64,000 bases of DNA from Camelus ferus (taxonomy: Eukaryota), in NCBI RefSeq assembly GCF_009834535.1, contig NC_045697.1, positions 102,550,001 through 102,614,000 of the forward strand. Direction: 5' to 3'. Below, piece after piece: positions 1 to 13,166 of the stretch (its first letter is position 1; each line of letters begins with the position of its first letter). A program made the translations under genes and the position numbers. The notes below the pieces were generated by a model. It did not search any database. It was not told the DNA's origin and was given only the letters and a program-made list of their open reading frames with translations.

Positions 1-3000
1 AGTACAAGGTCTAACGCGTAGTAGGCATTCAATAAATATTTGTCGAATGAATGTTAAATACAAAAATTTTTGTCAAGGCAGTATCAAGGAATATCTTGAA
101 CTCAGCAGTGTGTTGTTTAATTTACATTCCCTGGCTTTCTGTTTCATTGCCGTAGGCCCGTTGGGTACACTGCTGAACTTGAACCTAGTCACTTGCCAAA
201 TGGTCACCAAGAAAACTATGCAAAAATGAGAAACAGTGCTTCCAGTTCAGTGCTGTCCAGTCCCGTTTCCTAAAATGCACAAGTCAATTGTCAAATATAA
301 AATGTTAAAACAAATTTTAAATAAGTTGGAAATCAGAAAAAATTAACTTTAACCACATTGAAAGTATGAAGTTAATGTTTTCTTTAAATACCATCATGAA
401 AGACCATGCCCCACAAGTTCTCTTAAAAAAGAAAAAGAATTCTTTCTGTCACAATCATTTTATGACTACCTGTCTTTTTCAACAGATGCTTCATTTCCTT
501 CAAAGAATCTTCCTTAGTCAATTGGTTAGAACTTTGAGGTGCTCACCAGGGAGGAGTTTACCTCAAAACTATGGGACTAGATCTGATCTAGGATTTACAC
601 GAAAGTCATTGATCCTCTTTGTTTGGGGTTTTGTCTCTTTTCTGCTGACTGTGTGAAATTGTTCCTGAGAGCTGAATGATAATCAGAATGGCAGTGAACT
701 ACTTATTCAAAGTCCCTAAGGAGGGTTTTATGATTTATTCTGAAACATGGGTTAATCTCAAGGCTCCAAAGTGTATAGAGATATTATCTTCAAATCATTC
801 GACTACCTGATTTTTAGGAGTCATTGGTGCTTGGTGAGGGTCTGTCCAGAAGTTGATGTGGTACTGGGAGGACTGAGCAAGGGGAAGGGACAAAGGGAGA
901 AGCTCGTTGTAGCCTCTGAAGATGCTCAGATGAGAGTTCAATCAGTGAGCTTGGGGGGAAAAAAAAATTACCCAAACAGAGGAAACCCTGACATCTCGCT
1001 TATAAATTACTTGTTGCCCATTTGGTTCTAGTAGTGATGTGTGCTCCTAGAAGCATAAGGTATACACAAAGGGTTTCTTATCAGTAATGAAGTACAAAGT
1101 ATAATGTGAATAGTTTGGACACATTGCTGCTTTTCACATGGGGAAGGATAAAATATTTTGGACATTGAGTTAACAGTTTTCAAAACTATGCTGTTAGAAG
1201 TCACTGTCGTTTTGAAAGGTGTGGCTCCCCGCACCACGGGTCTTCCTTTGCCATTCTACAAATATGTTTTTCTCCCTTTTTAACCAGCTTGGCTGAACTA
1301 ATTAATCACTAGAGGTTCCTTCTCCCCAGATGCTCACCAGAAACAGTTCAATAATTTGACATTTCTGGAAGGCTGCATGGTTTTAATTCCATCAGGCTAC
1401 ACATAATGAGGGGAAGGAGGAAGGGGAAAGTCAGTAACATCGACACAAGGGCTTCTTGCTGAGCCTGGGAGAGCTGGGCTGCTGGCTTCCGTCCTGCCTC
1501 CAGGGGCCAACACCCCGGCTCTGATGCCGATGAAGACGATGCTTGAAGCAACCATAGAGGACCTGGAAGCGTCAGATGTCTCGTGGTGTTTCTGGCAGTG
1601 TGGCCTCTGACCCTGCTCCAAAGTTAAGGCTTAAACACCCAATCGACGTATTCTCCATGCTTGTGATTGGTCAGTAACATACTTTGAATGGACAGCGTAA
1701 CTCTGAAGGCTAATTCAAGCTATGTGAGCCTACTAATATTTTAATCTCCTGACAGCAGTCATACATGTCTCTTTCCCAGTCTCTGAACATTTAGGAGTTG
1801 TGTTATCCTAGATAATTTTAAAAGCTAGTTTCGAGAGACACTCTAGAATATTTACATAAAACATTAAATTTTGTCCTCAATATAATTATGAGAGTATTTC
1901 TCTGAAATGACTTAAAAGTAATTAGTCATGTGTCTAAACCCCCCACAACACTACTTTGCACCTAGAAGTTGACTTTAAAAACATGAAATCATATGTAATG
2001 ATTAAACAAATGTAAATCCTATAACCTGAAAAATTCAGGATTATTGACATTTTTTAAATGGCTTTCTTGATTTATTTTCTTGTCATTCAAATGTCTCACT
2101 CTCTTTCTATATTTGGCACTTTATTAGAAGTCAGTGGTGCCCCCCCCAAAACATTCACACAATAAGGACATCTCTAAGGTGAACTTCCATCACTTGGGGA
2201 TTTATTTAAATCCCTTTGCCCGTCCATCTTTCTCTTGTGCGTGAATCCTACATTCCTAATTCCCGAAAAACCAGCCAGCACAGTTTTAAACCATGTTGCT
2301 TTCCAGCTCAAACTGTCTTTCAGATGATTTGATTAAAAGTTACAAAAGACCTACTTTCAACAAAAGCTTCTTATAAGGGAACACAAACTTTTGTGAAGTG
2401 GGCGTGCTGTACTTACCCTGCATTCACAGATTTAGGGGGAAATATGTGCGGAAGGAGAATTAATCACGAACTAAATCCCCACCCGAACCCCCCAGGGCCT
2501 CCTTATACATCCATCAAGGAGGTTTAGACATGCAGGGGCTTTTCTATGACCGAATCTTACTTACACATCCCTGCTTTCTACGTCTCATCAGAAAGGCAAG
2601 AGATATTTGTTTAATGAAGATAGAAGAAGAAAAACAGCAACGTCGAGCCAATGTTAAAATCGTCGTAGCAAGACAATCCAAAAAACAGAGGCTTATTCAT
2701 AAATCACAGTCAGAGAGCCTTACCCTTCAGTGAGATTGTTCCTTTGCCTAAAATTAAAATTAAGCATATGGTGATATTGCAAATGAAGAGGCTGACTTTT
2801 TAGATTAGTATGAAGAATCATTTGGTAGTTCTGGGATCTTTGCATCCACTTTATTATTTATACTCTCTTAAAGTCTGAATGTTTCTGCTTTGGATGGCAT
2901 GCATTTGAAGGAGTTTTTCTCTAATCCAGGAATTAAAACTATGTTTATTAAAAGCCCGATTTTATGCCTAAAACTGTAAATTCACAAATCCATGTAGCAC

Positions 3001-4287
3001 ACAAACTACAAACAGTTCTGTGCTTTGCTAGTAACACATGCTCTTCCAGGGGACAAAGGCCGGAGAGTGCGTCCATGATTGAGCATGACCTTGTAAAGAA
3101 GTTACAGTATTAGAGATTTATTTGTCCTCTAACTCTTCCGAGGAGTGACTGACAGCTGTTCACCATAGGAGATGTTGTGATGTTTAGTGGAATAGCGTGT
3201 GGAAGGTGATGTCCTAGTGACAATTGTAACATTCAGTTTCTGTCACATTTTTCTCCACTGTGTATAGCCCGTCAGGCTACAGAGAAAGGGCTCCCTGGCT
3301 TACTAGCACATGAACTTGAAGTCTCTGATCTAGATAATTTTAGATACTTTGATTTCATTATAGAAATTCCTAGACTACTTGTGGGATAAAACAAATGCCG
3401 AGACCATATTGAGTTTCCTCAAGCTGAATTAGCAGAAAATAAAGATAAAATGCCTTTCTATTTAAGAAACATGATGATGTTTTAATTGTTACAGCATTTG
3501 GCATGCCTAATGTATACAATTCTTGACATTCATATAATAACAAAAGAAATTTGTTTGGGATTTTTCTTTTATTTCCAAGTGTCCCCTTTCCTTTTGAGTA
3601 TTTCTCCCACCCCCATCCCAGCCCTGGCTTTTAGCTCACTTCTCATTTCTCCCTCTTTCTGTAAAGAAAAACTCTATCCAGGGAAGGGAGACATGTAAAA
3701 ATACCTCATTTCTATGTAGATAGGGCCAAGGCTGCTTATTACCTTGCTATGACGAGCAGACCACCATGGTTGTGACAACTGATGTAGCTGCCTCCAGGGT
3801 AAAACAAAGGTTTACATATTACACAAGCAATTTAACTGTTTTCTAAACATATTGCCAAGACAGTGGGAGTTGGCAGCCCACACTGTGTTTTAGGTTTTGG
3901 AGACTTGGATTGGAAGTGACTGCTGATTACGAACCTTTTTATTTGTCTTCTGTGAACTGCAAGCAACCTAGTAACCCAGCAAAGAATTCTTCACAGCACT
4001 TAAACTTGTCTTCCGAGCTCCCCCAGATTCCATACACAAATCACTCGACAAAAGTGGTGTACTCATAGATAACCGTGCAACGCAATTGTCTCCTTCCAAC
4101 CCTTAAAGAGTTCCGCAAAGTGAAATGTTTTATAATCCTTTTTGTGCAGTAGGCAAGGAAGAAAAGAAAAGAGTTTGGGCAAAGATTATCCAGAAGAAAG
4201 AAAGAGACTCTTTTGGGGGTTCCAGTTGAAACACAATAAAGAACATAATTAACTTCACAATTCTTTGTGTTTTTCATTTGACTGCAG

Positions 4288-4439
4288 GGAGGAGATGAAA
4301 GAGGACTGCTAAGCCTTGCATTCCATCCCAATTACAAGAAAAATGGAAAGCTCTACGTGTCTTATACCACCAACCAAGAACGGTGGGCTATGGGGCCTCA
4401 CGACCATATACTGAGAGTTGTGGAATACACAGTATCCAG
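4288..4439 (+). CDS. HHIP: HHIP coding exon (human exon 5 equivalent), beta-propeller
   Basis: ctgcag|GGA...TCCAG|gtatca; 152 nt; translates GGDERGLLSLAFHPNYKKNGKLYVSYTTNQERWAMGPHDHILRVVEYTVS(R), matching recalled HHIP. Upstream exons lie outside the window. Confidence 0.97.
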
Positions 4440-4822
4440 GTATCACTGAAAGTCATTTAGCCTTATTTTCTCATCTGCCCTTCCTAATTTTTTGTTTTGA
4501 TGTTACAAATGATTAACCGTAAGGTGGCAATAATTAAACCACCATCTCCATCTTGCTTAAAACCCCATATGGCTCTTTCAGGAAAATTGTGGACAATGGT
4601 AGCTTTGGCACCTGCCCTGCAATTCTCTTGCCACCTAATGTCACTTCAGAAGAAACCTAGAAAATAATGTGATTTCTCAGTCATTTTTATCTGCTGCATT
4701 TTAAGTATATGTTTGCTTATTTATGGGCCAGGTGTTTGCGTCCCTGTTTGTGTGCTACTTACTTTCTGCGGATCCACCTTACGTCTTTAACAATCGTGGT
4801 TTGCTCCCTCCTCACCATGTAG

Positions 4823-4996
4823 GAAAAACCCCCATCAAGCTGACCTGAGAACAGCCAGAGTGTTTCTTGAAGTTGCAGAGCTTCACAGAAAACACCTGGG
4901 AGGCCAGCTGCTCTTCGGTCCCGACGGATTTTTGTACATCATCCTCGGTGATGGGATGATCACACTGGACGACATGGAAGAAATGGATGGATTAAG
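4823..4996 (+). CDS. HHIP: HHIP exon 6 equivalent, contains the hedgehog-binding L2 loop
   Basis: atgtag|G...TTAAG|gtaaaa; 174 nt; KNPHQADLRTARVFLEVAELHRKHLGGQLLFGPDGFLYIILGDGMITLDDMEEMDGL; includes the Asp equivalent to human D383 that binds the Shh zinc. Confidence 0.97.
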
Positions 4997-4998
4997 GT

Positions 4999-5025
4999 AA
5001 AAAAAAAAAAAAAAAAAAAAAAAAA
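4999..5025 (+). repeat. Poly(A) tract, A27
   Basis: Directly follows the GT of the exon 6 donor. Confidence 0.95.
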
Positions 5026-5588
5026 TGGTTCCCCTTGATGTTAAAATGTTTTAAGTGCCAGGAAAAAGAGTCAGAATCAGTGAGCTGAGAACTGTCTTTG
5101 AGTTGTATCACCTTGGTTAAATATTTCACTTTTACTATCAGCGCCTGCATTTATAAGGTGAAGGGGAATTCAGTAAACATGCTGGTGTAATATTTTTGAA
5201 AGTCGCTGTACCGAGATGTCCTGTAACGAGCTCCCGCTGCCTAGTCTGGTCAGCAGCTGCGGCTCGGCCGCCCCGCGCGGCCACGCTGCCTTCAACACCT
5301 CTTGAGACGGACAGCACCGTCCAGCCGAGCTTTTGGGGGGCATTAAACACGTGGATTGGCCAAAAAAAATTTAGAGGACGGATGCAGAAACAGGACGCCA
5401 CTGATGCTGCAGCCTCTGGGCACCCTTGAGCCTTGTCTGAAATCAAACTTCCCTCGGTTTCATTTCCCACGATATGGAATTTTGAACTTCAGTAATTTTG
5501 TCTCGAATGATGGGGAGGGGGAGTTCTTTTATCCGTAGAGCAATACAACAGAAACGGAAAGCACTTACGTGGTCCTCCGATTCCTCAG

Positions 5589-5732
5589 TGACTTCACGGG
5601 TTCTGTGCTGCGGCTGGACGTGGACGCAGACGTGTGCCACGTGCCTTATTCCATCCCCAAGAGCAACCCGCATTTCAACAGCACCAACCAGCCCCCCGAA
5701 GTGTTTGCCCACGGCCTCCACGACCCCGGCAG
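5589..5732 (+). CDS. HHIP: HHIP exon 7 equivalent
   Basis: cctcag|T...GGCAG|gtgaga; 144 nt; DFTGSVLRLDVDADVCHVPYSIPKSNPHFNSTNQPPEVFAHGLHDPG(R). Confidence 0.97.
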
Positions 5733-6379
5733 GTGAGACAAGCCTCTCCTCTCTCCTTCCCGACAGGGATTCGGAAAGGGGGGGAGGGAGAAGGTTTCTG
5801 AGCCCACAGCAGCCGAGAGTGGTGTCCAAGGTTGTTTCTCTATAACACACCAGGTCATTATCTCACCCAGTATTTTGCCCTCTGTCTGCTAGTAATGTGT
5901 GAAGCAGACTGAGAAGGCAGCTCAGACAGGGAAGAGGACAATTTCATGGAGAGAAAAATCGCCTTAGCATTTTGGAGGGCTGTTATGAGATAAACACTGT
6001 TGGACCAATGTCATGATTAAGACAAATCAAAACAGTTCTGAGAGATAATGAACCTTGAATTTGTCTCCTTCAATCCTTCTAAATGTTAATTTCCTTATAC
6101 ATGAAATGGGGCTATTAATAGCCACCTGGCAAGGATGCTGTAATGATTAAATACAAATCTGTAAGTGAAGCACCAAGTAGAGTGTCTGACATACCTGGTA
6201 GATAAATTATAGTTCTTATTATCATAGCTTCACTTAATGTATTTCTCAGTGTCATTTGTAAGGAGTTGAGCTAAATGTAAACCTTGTTTTCTTGAAAAAA
6301 AAAATTACGAATACCAGAGGAATTCAGATTGACTGTTTACCACAATGAATCATAAAGAAAGGACCACTGAGAAGTATGT

Positions 6380-6614
6380 GCGGAGGTGGGGTGGGGAGTT
6401 TGGGATTAACAGATACAAACCACTATACACAGAATCGATAGACAATGACCTACTGTACAGCACAGGGAACTATAATCAATATTTTATAATAACCTATAAT
6501 GGAAAAGAATTTGAAAAAGAACATATATGTATAACTGAATCACTACGCTGTACACCAGAAATGAACACCGCTTTGTAAATCAACTATACTTCAATTTTTA
6601 AAAAATTAACAAAA
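6380..6614 (+). mobile_element. L1 3' end, 5'-truncated (cetartiodactyl type)
   Basis: gggagtttgggattaacagatac...cagcacagggaactat...tgtaaatcaactatacttcaat; TSD agaagtatgt 6370-6379 / 6615-6624. Confidence 0.85.
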
Positions 6615-7410
6615 AGAAGTATGTAGAGTGAGAAATTTGGTATACACTTGAAAAATGCTAGGAAGTATATAGTATAGCAATTCTGTGATGAAAGTTTCAT
6701 CCAATCTGTGGTCTGTTATTCATACTAAGGGGTATCTGGCCACATTTATTCATTTACTAGTTAAGTTATTATTGCTATTTAATGTTTATTGAGTGTTCAC
6801 TACGTGCAAGGTGAGTATTTCTCAAACTTTTTATTTTTATAATCCCTCCTGCCCTTCATCTCCCCTCCATCAAAGTCCAAGTCTACAGTTCATTTCCTTT
6901 TTGGCATCTCGGCAGACCTTAAAATCTGTGCGACAGGGAATACTTAAGGTGGGTTCAGGATGTGGAGGAAACTGTCACATTCCATTCCTATAGCTCAGAA
7001 CGCGTGGATACCACCACAAAGCAGCACTTTGAAGTCGAGCAGCCTGAGTCACCACAATCCCACTGCAGCCTTCATGCCACCTTCCCGGGGGGTCCCGGAC
7101 CCTCAGTGTAAAAACACAGGGTGAGGTGCTTTATAGCCCTTTCGTGTGGCGAGATGCCTGAGCTGTGGAGTCTTACCTCCTCGGGCGGTGGAGGGCTGAT
7201 GGAACAGCTTGCTTCCCTCCAAGAGTATTTCAAGCAGAGGAGGATTTAATAAAGCAGAAAAGAAACAAAAATCATTATTGGCTAAAAGTAAAGCTGGCTT
7301 GTATTAAGCACCTTGGTGCAGAGCAGTTAACCGAGTGTGCCATGCATGACAATTTACTGATACCTCTCAGCAGCATTCTAAGGTAGCTGGCATCAGTCAC
7401 CCCCCCTCCT

Positions 7411-7712
7411 TTTTTTCAAAGACTTTAATTTTTAGATCAGTTTGAAGTTCACAGCAAAACTGAGCAGAAAGTAGAGATTTACCGTGTACTCTTTGTCCCC
7501 ACACATGCATAGCCTTCCCCATTATCAATACCTAGGCTCCCCGAGTGAAACATTTGTTACAATTGAGGACCCTACACTGACATGTCATTACCACCCAAAG
7601 ACCATAGTTCATAGTAGGGTTCCTTCTTGGTGTCGGACGGCCTATGGGTTTGGACACGTGTGTAATGACATGGATCCACCATCATAGTATCATACAGAGA
7701 AGTTTTGCTGCC
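7411..7712 (-). mobile_element. Old L1 (L1M class) 3' end inserted in a MIR-like relic
   Basis: agttcacagcaaaactgagcagaaagt...acatttgttacaattga...cctacactgacatgtcattaccacccaaag resembles ancient eutherian L1MC-type 3' ends. Confidence 0.65.
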
Positions 7713-8284
7713 TGGGCTCTTTTTTATAGAAGAAATTAAAGGTTAAGAGGGCCAAGTGGTTCTTAGCGGATTTGGTATTCAGCCAGAGCTAGACCTCATG
7801 GCCTCCAGCAGCTCCACCTCTGGGAGACCTGGCCTTTTCTTTCAGATTTGCTCTTTCTTGTTAGAAACAGGTCAAACCTTTTGGTCATACTTTCTCCATC
7901 TTCAAAAGAAGGGAAATACAGAAAAAATTTCTCACCTTGGATGGACTTAGTTCCGCCTTAAGTCACAGCCGGCCTATGTCTTGATCCCTGCCAGACATTG
8001 TATTCTGTGAATTTTTGAATTAATGAGACAGTAAAGGGACTGTGGTCACAGAACAAATAACCCACCTTTCACAGATCAGGCTTATAGTTTCCCTAATATG
8101 AATGGGAGCATCCAGCACCAAAAGGATTTCTCTCATTGTTGCTCTTGCTTAAATAATTGCTGCATATGACTTACATGTCTCTTAAGCCCAGAACCTACTC
8201 TCAGATTTTTATTTTAATTTTTAAATTTATTTAATAGTCCCAATGGTTTTGTTTTTGTCATTCATGTATTCTGTTGGCCTGAAA

Positions 8285-8506
8285 CAGTGATTCTCAATGA
8301 TGATTTTCCCCCAGAGGACACTTAGCAATGTCTTAGAAGCATTCTGGGTTTTCATAAATTGGAAGGAGATCACGCTACTCACATCTAGAGGGTGGAGGCC
8401 AGAGATGCTGCTCAACATCCTACAGTGCTCAGAACAGCGCCCCCTTCCGCCCAAAAGAAAGAAGTACCTGGCCCAAAATGTCAATAATGCCAAGCTTAAG
8501 AAACCT
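8285..8506. mobile_element. MER20-like hAT MITE
   Basis: cagtgattctcaa...catctagagggtggaggccagagatgctgctcaacatcctacagtgc...ggcccaaaatgtcaataatgccaag...gaaacct. Confidence 0.75.
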
Positions 8507-8904
8507 AAAAAACAATGCAAGACTTTTCCAAATTTGTGAGAACACAAAAATGTTCAACCTCATTCTTTGCCCAACCCAAACTCCCCATGCCTACTGCCTC
8601 ATTGATTTAAAGACTCAACAAATATTGAGCCCCTCTAATATTATATAATACAGTGATAAAGAAGTTGGAAGTGGTTCCCTTCCTCATGGAATTTACATTC
8701 TGTGGCTTAAGCCACAGAAATATTCTGGCCCCAGATTACGGGTAAACATGAAGTCAGAGTTCACATGAAGACCTCAGTGGTTGTGGGGACCAGCTTAATT
8801 TTATTCCTTGAATTGGAGTGCATGCTTTCCTTTGTTAGAGCAGCCTGCACTTCAGAATGTAGTGATTCTATCTAAGAAATATACAACTAATGCTATAACT
8901 AACA

Positions 8905-9376
8905 CAGATCTTCCTTGACTTACAATGGAGTTCTGTCCCAACGAAATCAGAATAAGCTGAAGATACCTTAAGTCAAAAATACACTTAATGCACCTCGCCT
9001 ACCGAGCATCATAGCTTAGCCTAGCCCACAGTAAACGTGCTCAGAGCACTTATATTAGCCTACAGAAGTGCAAAATCTTCTAACACAGAGCGTATTTGAC
9101 ATTGACTATCTCATGTCATTTATTGAATACTGTACTGAAAGTGGAAAACAGGATAGCTGTAGGGATACAGAATGGTTGTCAGTGTATTGGTTGTTTACCC
9201 TCGTGATCGCACTGCTGACCGGGAGCTGCCCAGCATCATGAGAGAGCAATGTACTGCATGCATGTCGCTAGCCCGGGGGAAAATCAAAGTTCAAAACTGG
9301 ACGTACAGTTCCTACGGCATGTGTCATACTTTCACACCATCCTAGTGCTGAATCATCATAAGTTGGGGACCACATG
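8905..9376. mobile_element. MER47/Tigger5-like TcMar DNA transposon remnant
   Basis: Starts cagatcttccttgacttacaatgg, contains catcatagcttagcctagcc...aaacgtgctcagagcactta, ends cataagttggggaccac (degenerate inverted terminus). Confidence 0.7.
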
Positions 9377-9734
9377 TCCTACAGTGTGTGTTGCAGATGT
9401 GAATCAATGATGCCACTGATTCTTACACTTGCCAGACTATTATACATGGGGTATTCCTTAACAACAGACTAGCAAATGTTTTAAGTCAGTGTGCACATTC
9501 ATCATGGAGAGAGATACCAAGAGAAATTAAGAAATATACCCCAGAGATCATTAAACTGCAGCAGAGTAAACAAACATGTCAGGATGTTTCCTTCAGCTGT
9601 TTCTACAGGATCCAAACTAAATAGCCCATAGGAGCCTTGCCAAGCCCACAGAGGGTTCCTGTGTCAGGAATCTCTAGTCTGAGCTTGAAAGATACCCTGG
9701 GAGAAATTCACGGGTGTCCCCCCTTTTCTTGCAG

Positions 9735-9856
9735 ATGTGCTGTAGATCGACACCCCACTGATATAAACATCAATTTAACAATACTTTGCTCAGACTCCAA
9801 TGGGAAGAACAGATCAATAGCCAGAATCCTACAGATAATAAAGGGGAAAGATTATG
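9735..9856 (+). CDS. HHIP: HHIP exon 8 equivalent
   Basis: ttgcag|A...TATG|gtaagt; 122 nt; CAVDRHPTDININLTILCSDSNGKNRSIARILQIIKGKDY (also visible in ORF 9637..9864). Confidence 0.97.
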
Positions 9857-10463
9857 GTAAGTAGAGCATAATTTGTTGATTTGGCTTTAGTTTGGGCTTT
9901 GTTTTATTTTAGTGTATTAATTGAAGAGAAAGGGATTTCTGCAAAATGGGCATTTGGGAAGGCCTCAAAACACTAGCATTACAGTGGTGAGGTAGTCAAC
10001 TGCTCCCCTCTTAAAGGACCAGTGACTCTTACAAGCCCTAGGGGTTCCATTGGGGTAATTACCTTTCCCATGGATTGAATGGTGCTCTGTGGGTCCAAAA
10101 AATTTAATGGACCTTCAGAAGTTAGCAGTTTATATTTTGCTCATCTGAAAATCAAGATGAATACCTTCTATTTATTTAATATATAAGGGAGAACTTGTCT
10201 TAACATCTTATACACAGAGGAAAAAAGAAGTGTTAAAGGTAAGAAATTTCTCAATACCCAACGTGCTAGTCTCAGCAATTAGGAAAATTATGTGTTTCAA
10301 ATAAGAAAGTAATTTTTAAAGGTGTTTATTTTAGAGAAAACAAAGTAATAGACTTGTAAAAACATGTTATTTACCCAAGTCATGAAGATGGAATGTTTAG
10401 ACCTTATATTTAATAACATGATTACTAGAGTATTTAGCGATACATATTAAAATATAAAGCTAA

Positions 10464-10750
10464 CTCACAGACATAGAAAACACACTTATGGCTCCCGGAG
10501 GGAAACAGGGTGGGAAGGGACAAATTGGGAGTTAGAGATCTGCACATACTAACTAACATATATAAAATAGATAAACTACAAGTTCATAATGTATAGCACA
10601 GGGAACCATGTTCAATGTCTTGTAGTAACTTATGGTGAAAATGAATATATATACATTCATGTGTGACTGAAGCATTGTGCTGTACACCAGAAATTGACAC
10701 AACATTGTAAACTGACTATACTTCAATAAAAATATATATACAAGAAAAAA
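10464..10750 (+). mobile_element. L1 3' end, 5'-truncated
   Basis: ctcacagacatagaaaac...tatagcacagggaac...actgactatacttcaataaaa; flanking repeat atataaag(c/t)taa. Confidence 0.85.
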
Positions 10751-11187
10751 TTTAAATATATATAAAGTTAATATTTTTTAGTGCTTTTGTATTTACTCTT
10801 TTTGGAGGACACAGTAAATCAAATATGATGATTCAGGGAACATTGTAGATTAAGATTATTAAATTGATTGCTTCTTCTATTTATTCATTCAATACAGATA
10901 TTTATTTAGTACCAGGAATGAAGCAGCTGTGTTGGTTCATGTGGTATTCAGTTATTTTACTTTATTTTTTTTCAGATATTCATGTATGTGTGTGTGCATC
11001 TTATAAAAGCCAAAGCAAAGAATAATGTGGTTAGAAAAAAAATCTAATGAGTCACTAGCTTGATGGAATTTTGGCTATATTTGTAGATTAAACTAAATTC
11101 TACAATCACATTAATTGGGGTGCAGCTGAAACTGGTTACAATATTGCCAGCCCTACATTTATGTATTACAAATATAGCCACAGAATC

Positions 11188-11283
11188 CTTTCACAATGTA
11201 TATGTATATCAAATTGCCATGATGTACACTTTAAATATCTTACAATTTTATTTGTTAATTATACCTCAGTAAAGCTGAAAAAA
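11188..11283 (+). mobile_element. Old L1 (L1M class) extreme 3' end
   Basis: gtacactttaaatatcttacaattttatttgttaattatacctcagtaaagctgaaaaaa. Confidence 0.65.
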
Positions 11284-11309
11284 TCCCAAAACCAAATAAC
11301 CACATCCAC

Positions 11310-11542
11310 AGCACTTACTACATGCCAGCCCCTGTAGTAAGCACTTTATAAATTTCACTCATGTCATTTACAGGAAAACCCTATGTGATAGGCACGGTTA
11401 TTGCCCACATTGTACAGATGAGGAAACTGAGACACAGAAAGGTTAACTGTCCCACAACATAGAGTGACAGGACCTGGATTTGAACCCAGGCAGCCTGACT
11501 CCACAGTTCATGACCTTACTCATTCAATTACGCTGCCTCTCA
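11310..11542 (-). mobile_element. MIR SINE
   Basis: Core acagatgaggaaactgagacacaga and ggatttgaacccaggcagcctgactcc. Confidence 0.8.
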
Positions 11543-12414
11543 GTATACTGGTTGTTTAAAACTTATCTTTTCTACTTTTTATAATACCATATTCACCGTA
11601 ATAGGGGGAAGGACTTAAAATGACTGTCTGTCCACAAGAGCTTTTGCCTAAAATACTTCCTGTTGATAGCAACTTATTCAAGTATGTAGTAAGTAATTTT
11701 CAGATTAATTTGCAGCTGGCTTTATATCTTTTCCATTGCAATTGGCATATTTGTATTCAAGTCCATAGTGACATGCATGGAAAGACTGAGTTACATGGCT
11801 CTACTGGAATAGATTCTGTTAACCACAAGACTCGATAGACAAAACTTTTAAAACATTGTAAGTGAAGATATTACTTGACTAAGTGACAGTGTTTTAAAGT
11901 ATAGAACAAACGTCATTTTGAAAATCTTTTATGTACCATACCTTTATTTTCATTGTGGTGTGAACATTTAAACAGTTTTATATAGCTTGACAAGAGGTCT
12001 GGCTCAGTTTACTAGGTATATGCAGATGCATTTCTACAAAAAATTAAATATTAGTAAAATTTAGTATTCTTTTTGTGTATTTTGATTCTAAAGTAAATAA
12101 CCATGATTTCTAAAAACATCCAGATTCTAATTTCATTGAAAATGTGGTATGTCTTGGCAATTATAATAACAAGAATTGACAGTGCAGTCCTATTTCATTC
12201 CACTATACATGGAAGGCCCTTTAAATGTTATATTTAAGCAAAAGGAGTAATTATTTTTACTAAATATTTGTAACAAGGATCCATCTTATGGAGCAAGGAA
12301 CACATTTCTGAGTTAAAGTAAATTACTGTAATAATTGTTGTGTGGCCTAACATTACTTTTCATTTATGAAAAATATGTTTCATTTGATCTAATGTTATGT
12401 TTATTTATTTCCAG

Positions 12415-12538
12415 AAAGTGAGCCGTCACTTTTAGAATTCAAGCCGTTCAGTAATGGTCCTTTGGTGGGCGGATTTGTTTACCGAGGCTGCCAGTCTGAA
12501 AGGCTGTATGGCAGCTACGTGTTTGGAGACCGAAATGG
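12415..12538 (+). CDS. HHIP: HHIP exon 9 equivalent
   Basis: ttccag|AA...AATGG|gtacgt; 124 nt; (E)SEPSLLEFKPFSNGPLVGGFVYRGCQSERLYGSYVFGDRN(G). Confidence 0.97.
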
Positions 12539-13166
12539 GTACGTTTCCTGATACCACGAACGGCATATCCATTGATGCCGGGACAAACTGCCATAAGATA
12601 TTCAAACGATTGTCTCCCTTTGGAGGTCAGGTCTGGGACACACACAAACGTTATTATTTATTTTTAGTTCCACTAAGTATGATAGTATAATTAAAGAACT
12701 TCCTAAAAGATACTTCTTTTTTTTTGGTCTTTTTCATTCATTCATTTATTCAGACCTTCGTTGTACACGTATTTATTGAGTACCTGCTGTATGTCAGGCA
12801 CTGGTAAAAGATGCTTCTTAAGCAAACTTGATCAAATCCATAAAGTGACTTTTGAGAGCAAAAAAATCTTGAGATGAACATTTCATATTAATTAAACTCT
12901 TCCCTTCATCTTTAACATAAATTTACCATGATCACAAGCAATTTGAAAACTATTGTTTTACATGAGTTGTATAAAGATTTTAAAAATTATCTGGAAGGCT
13001 AAGAAGTTTTGTTTTTGCTAAAATTTCAGGACTTTAGGCACCAGACTGTAATTTGTCTCCACTGATAGGAATACTACACAATTAAATTTTAGCCTAAAGT
13101 TTGGAGGTCACAGTGTGGATAATAAGAAACTCTGTGATGAACCCCAAAATAAGAATCTTGTTTCAA

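Noticed and set aside
5138..5858. Cluster of overlapping ORFs on both strands
   Set aside because: By-product of local high GC around exon 7 (fewer stop codons); no recognisable protein.
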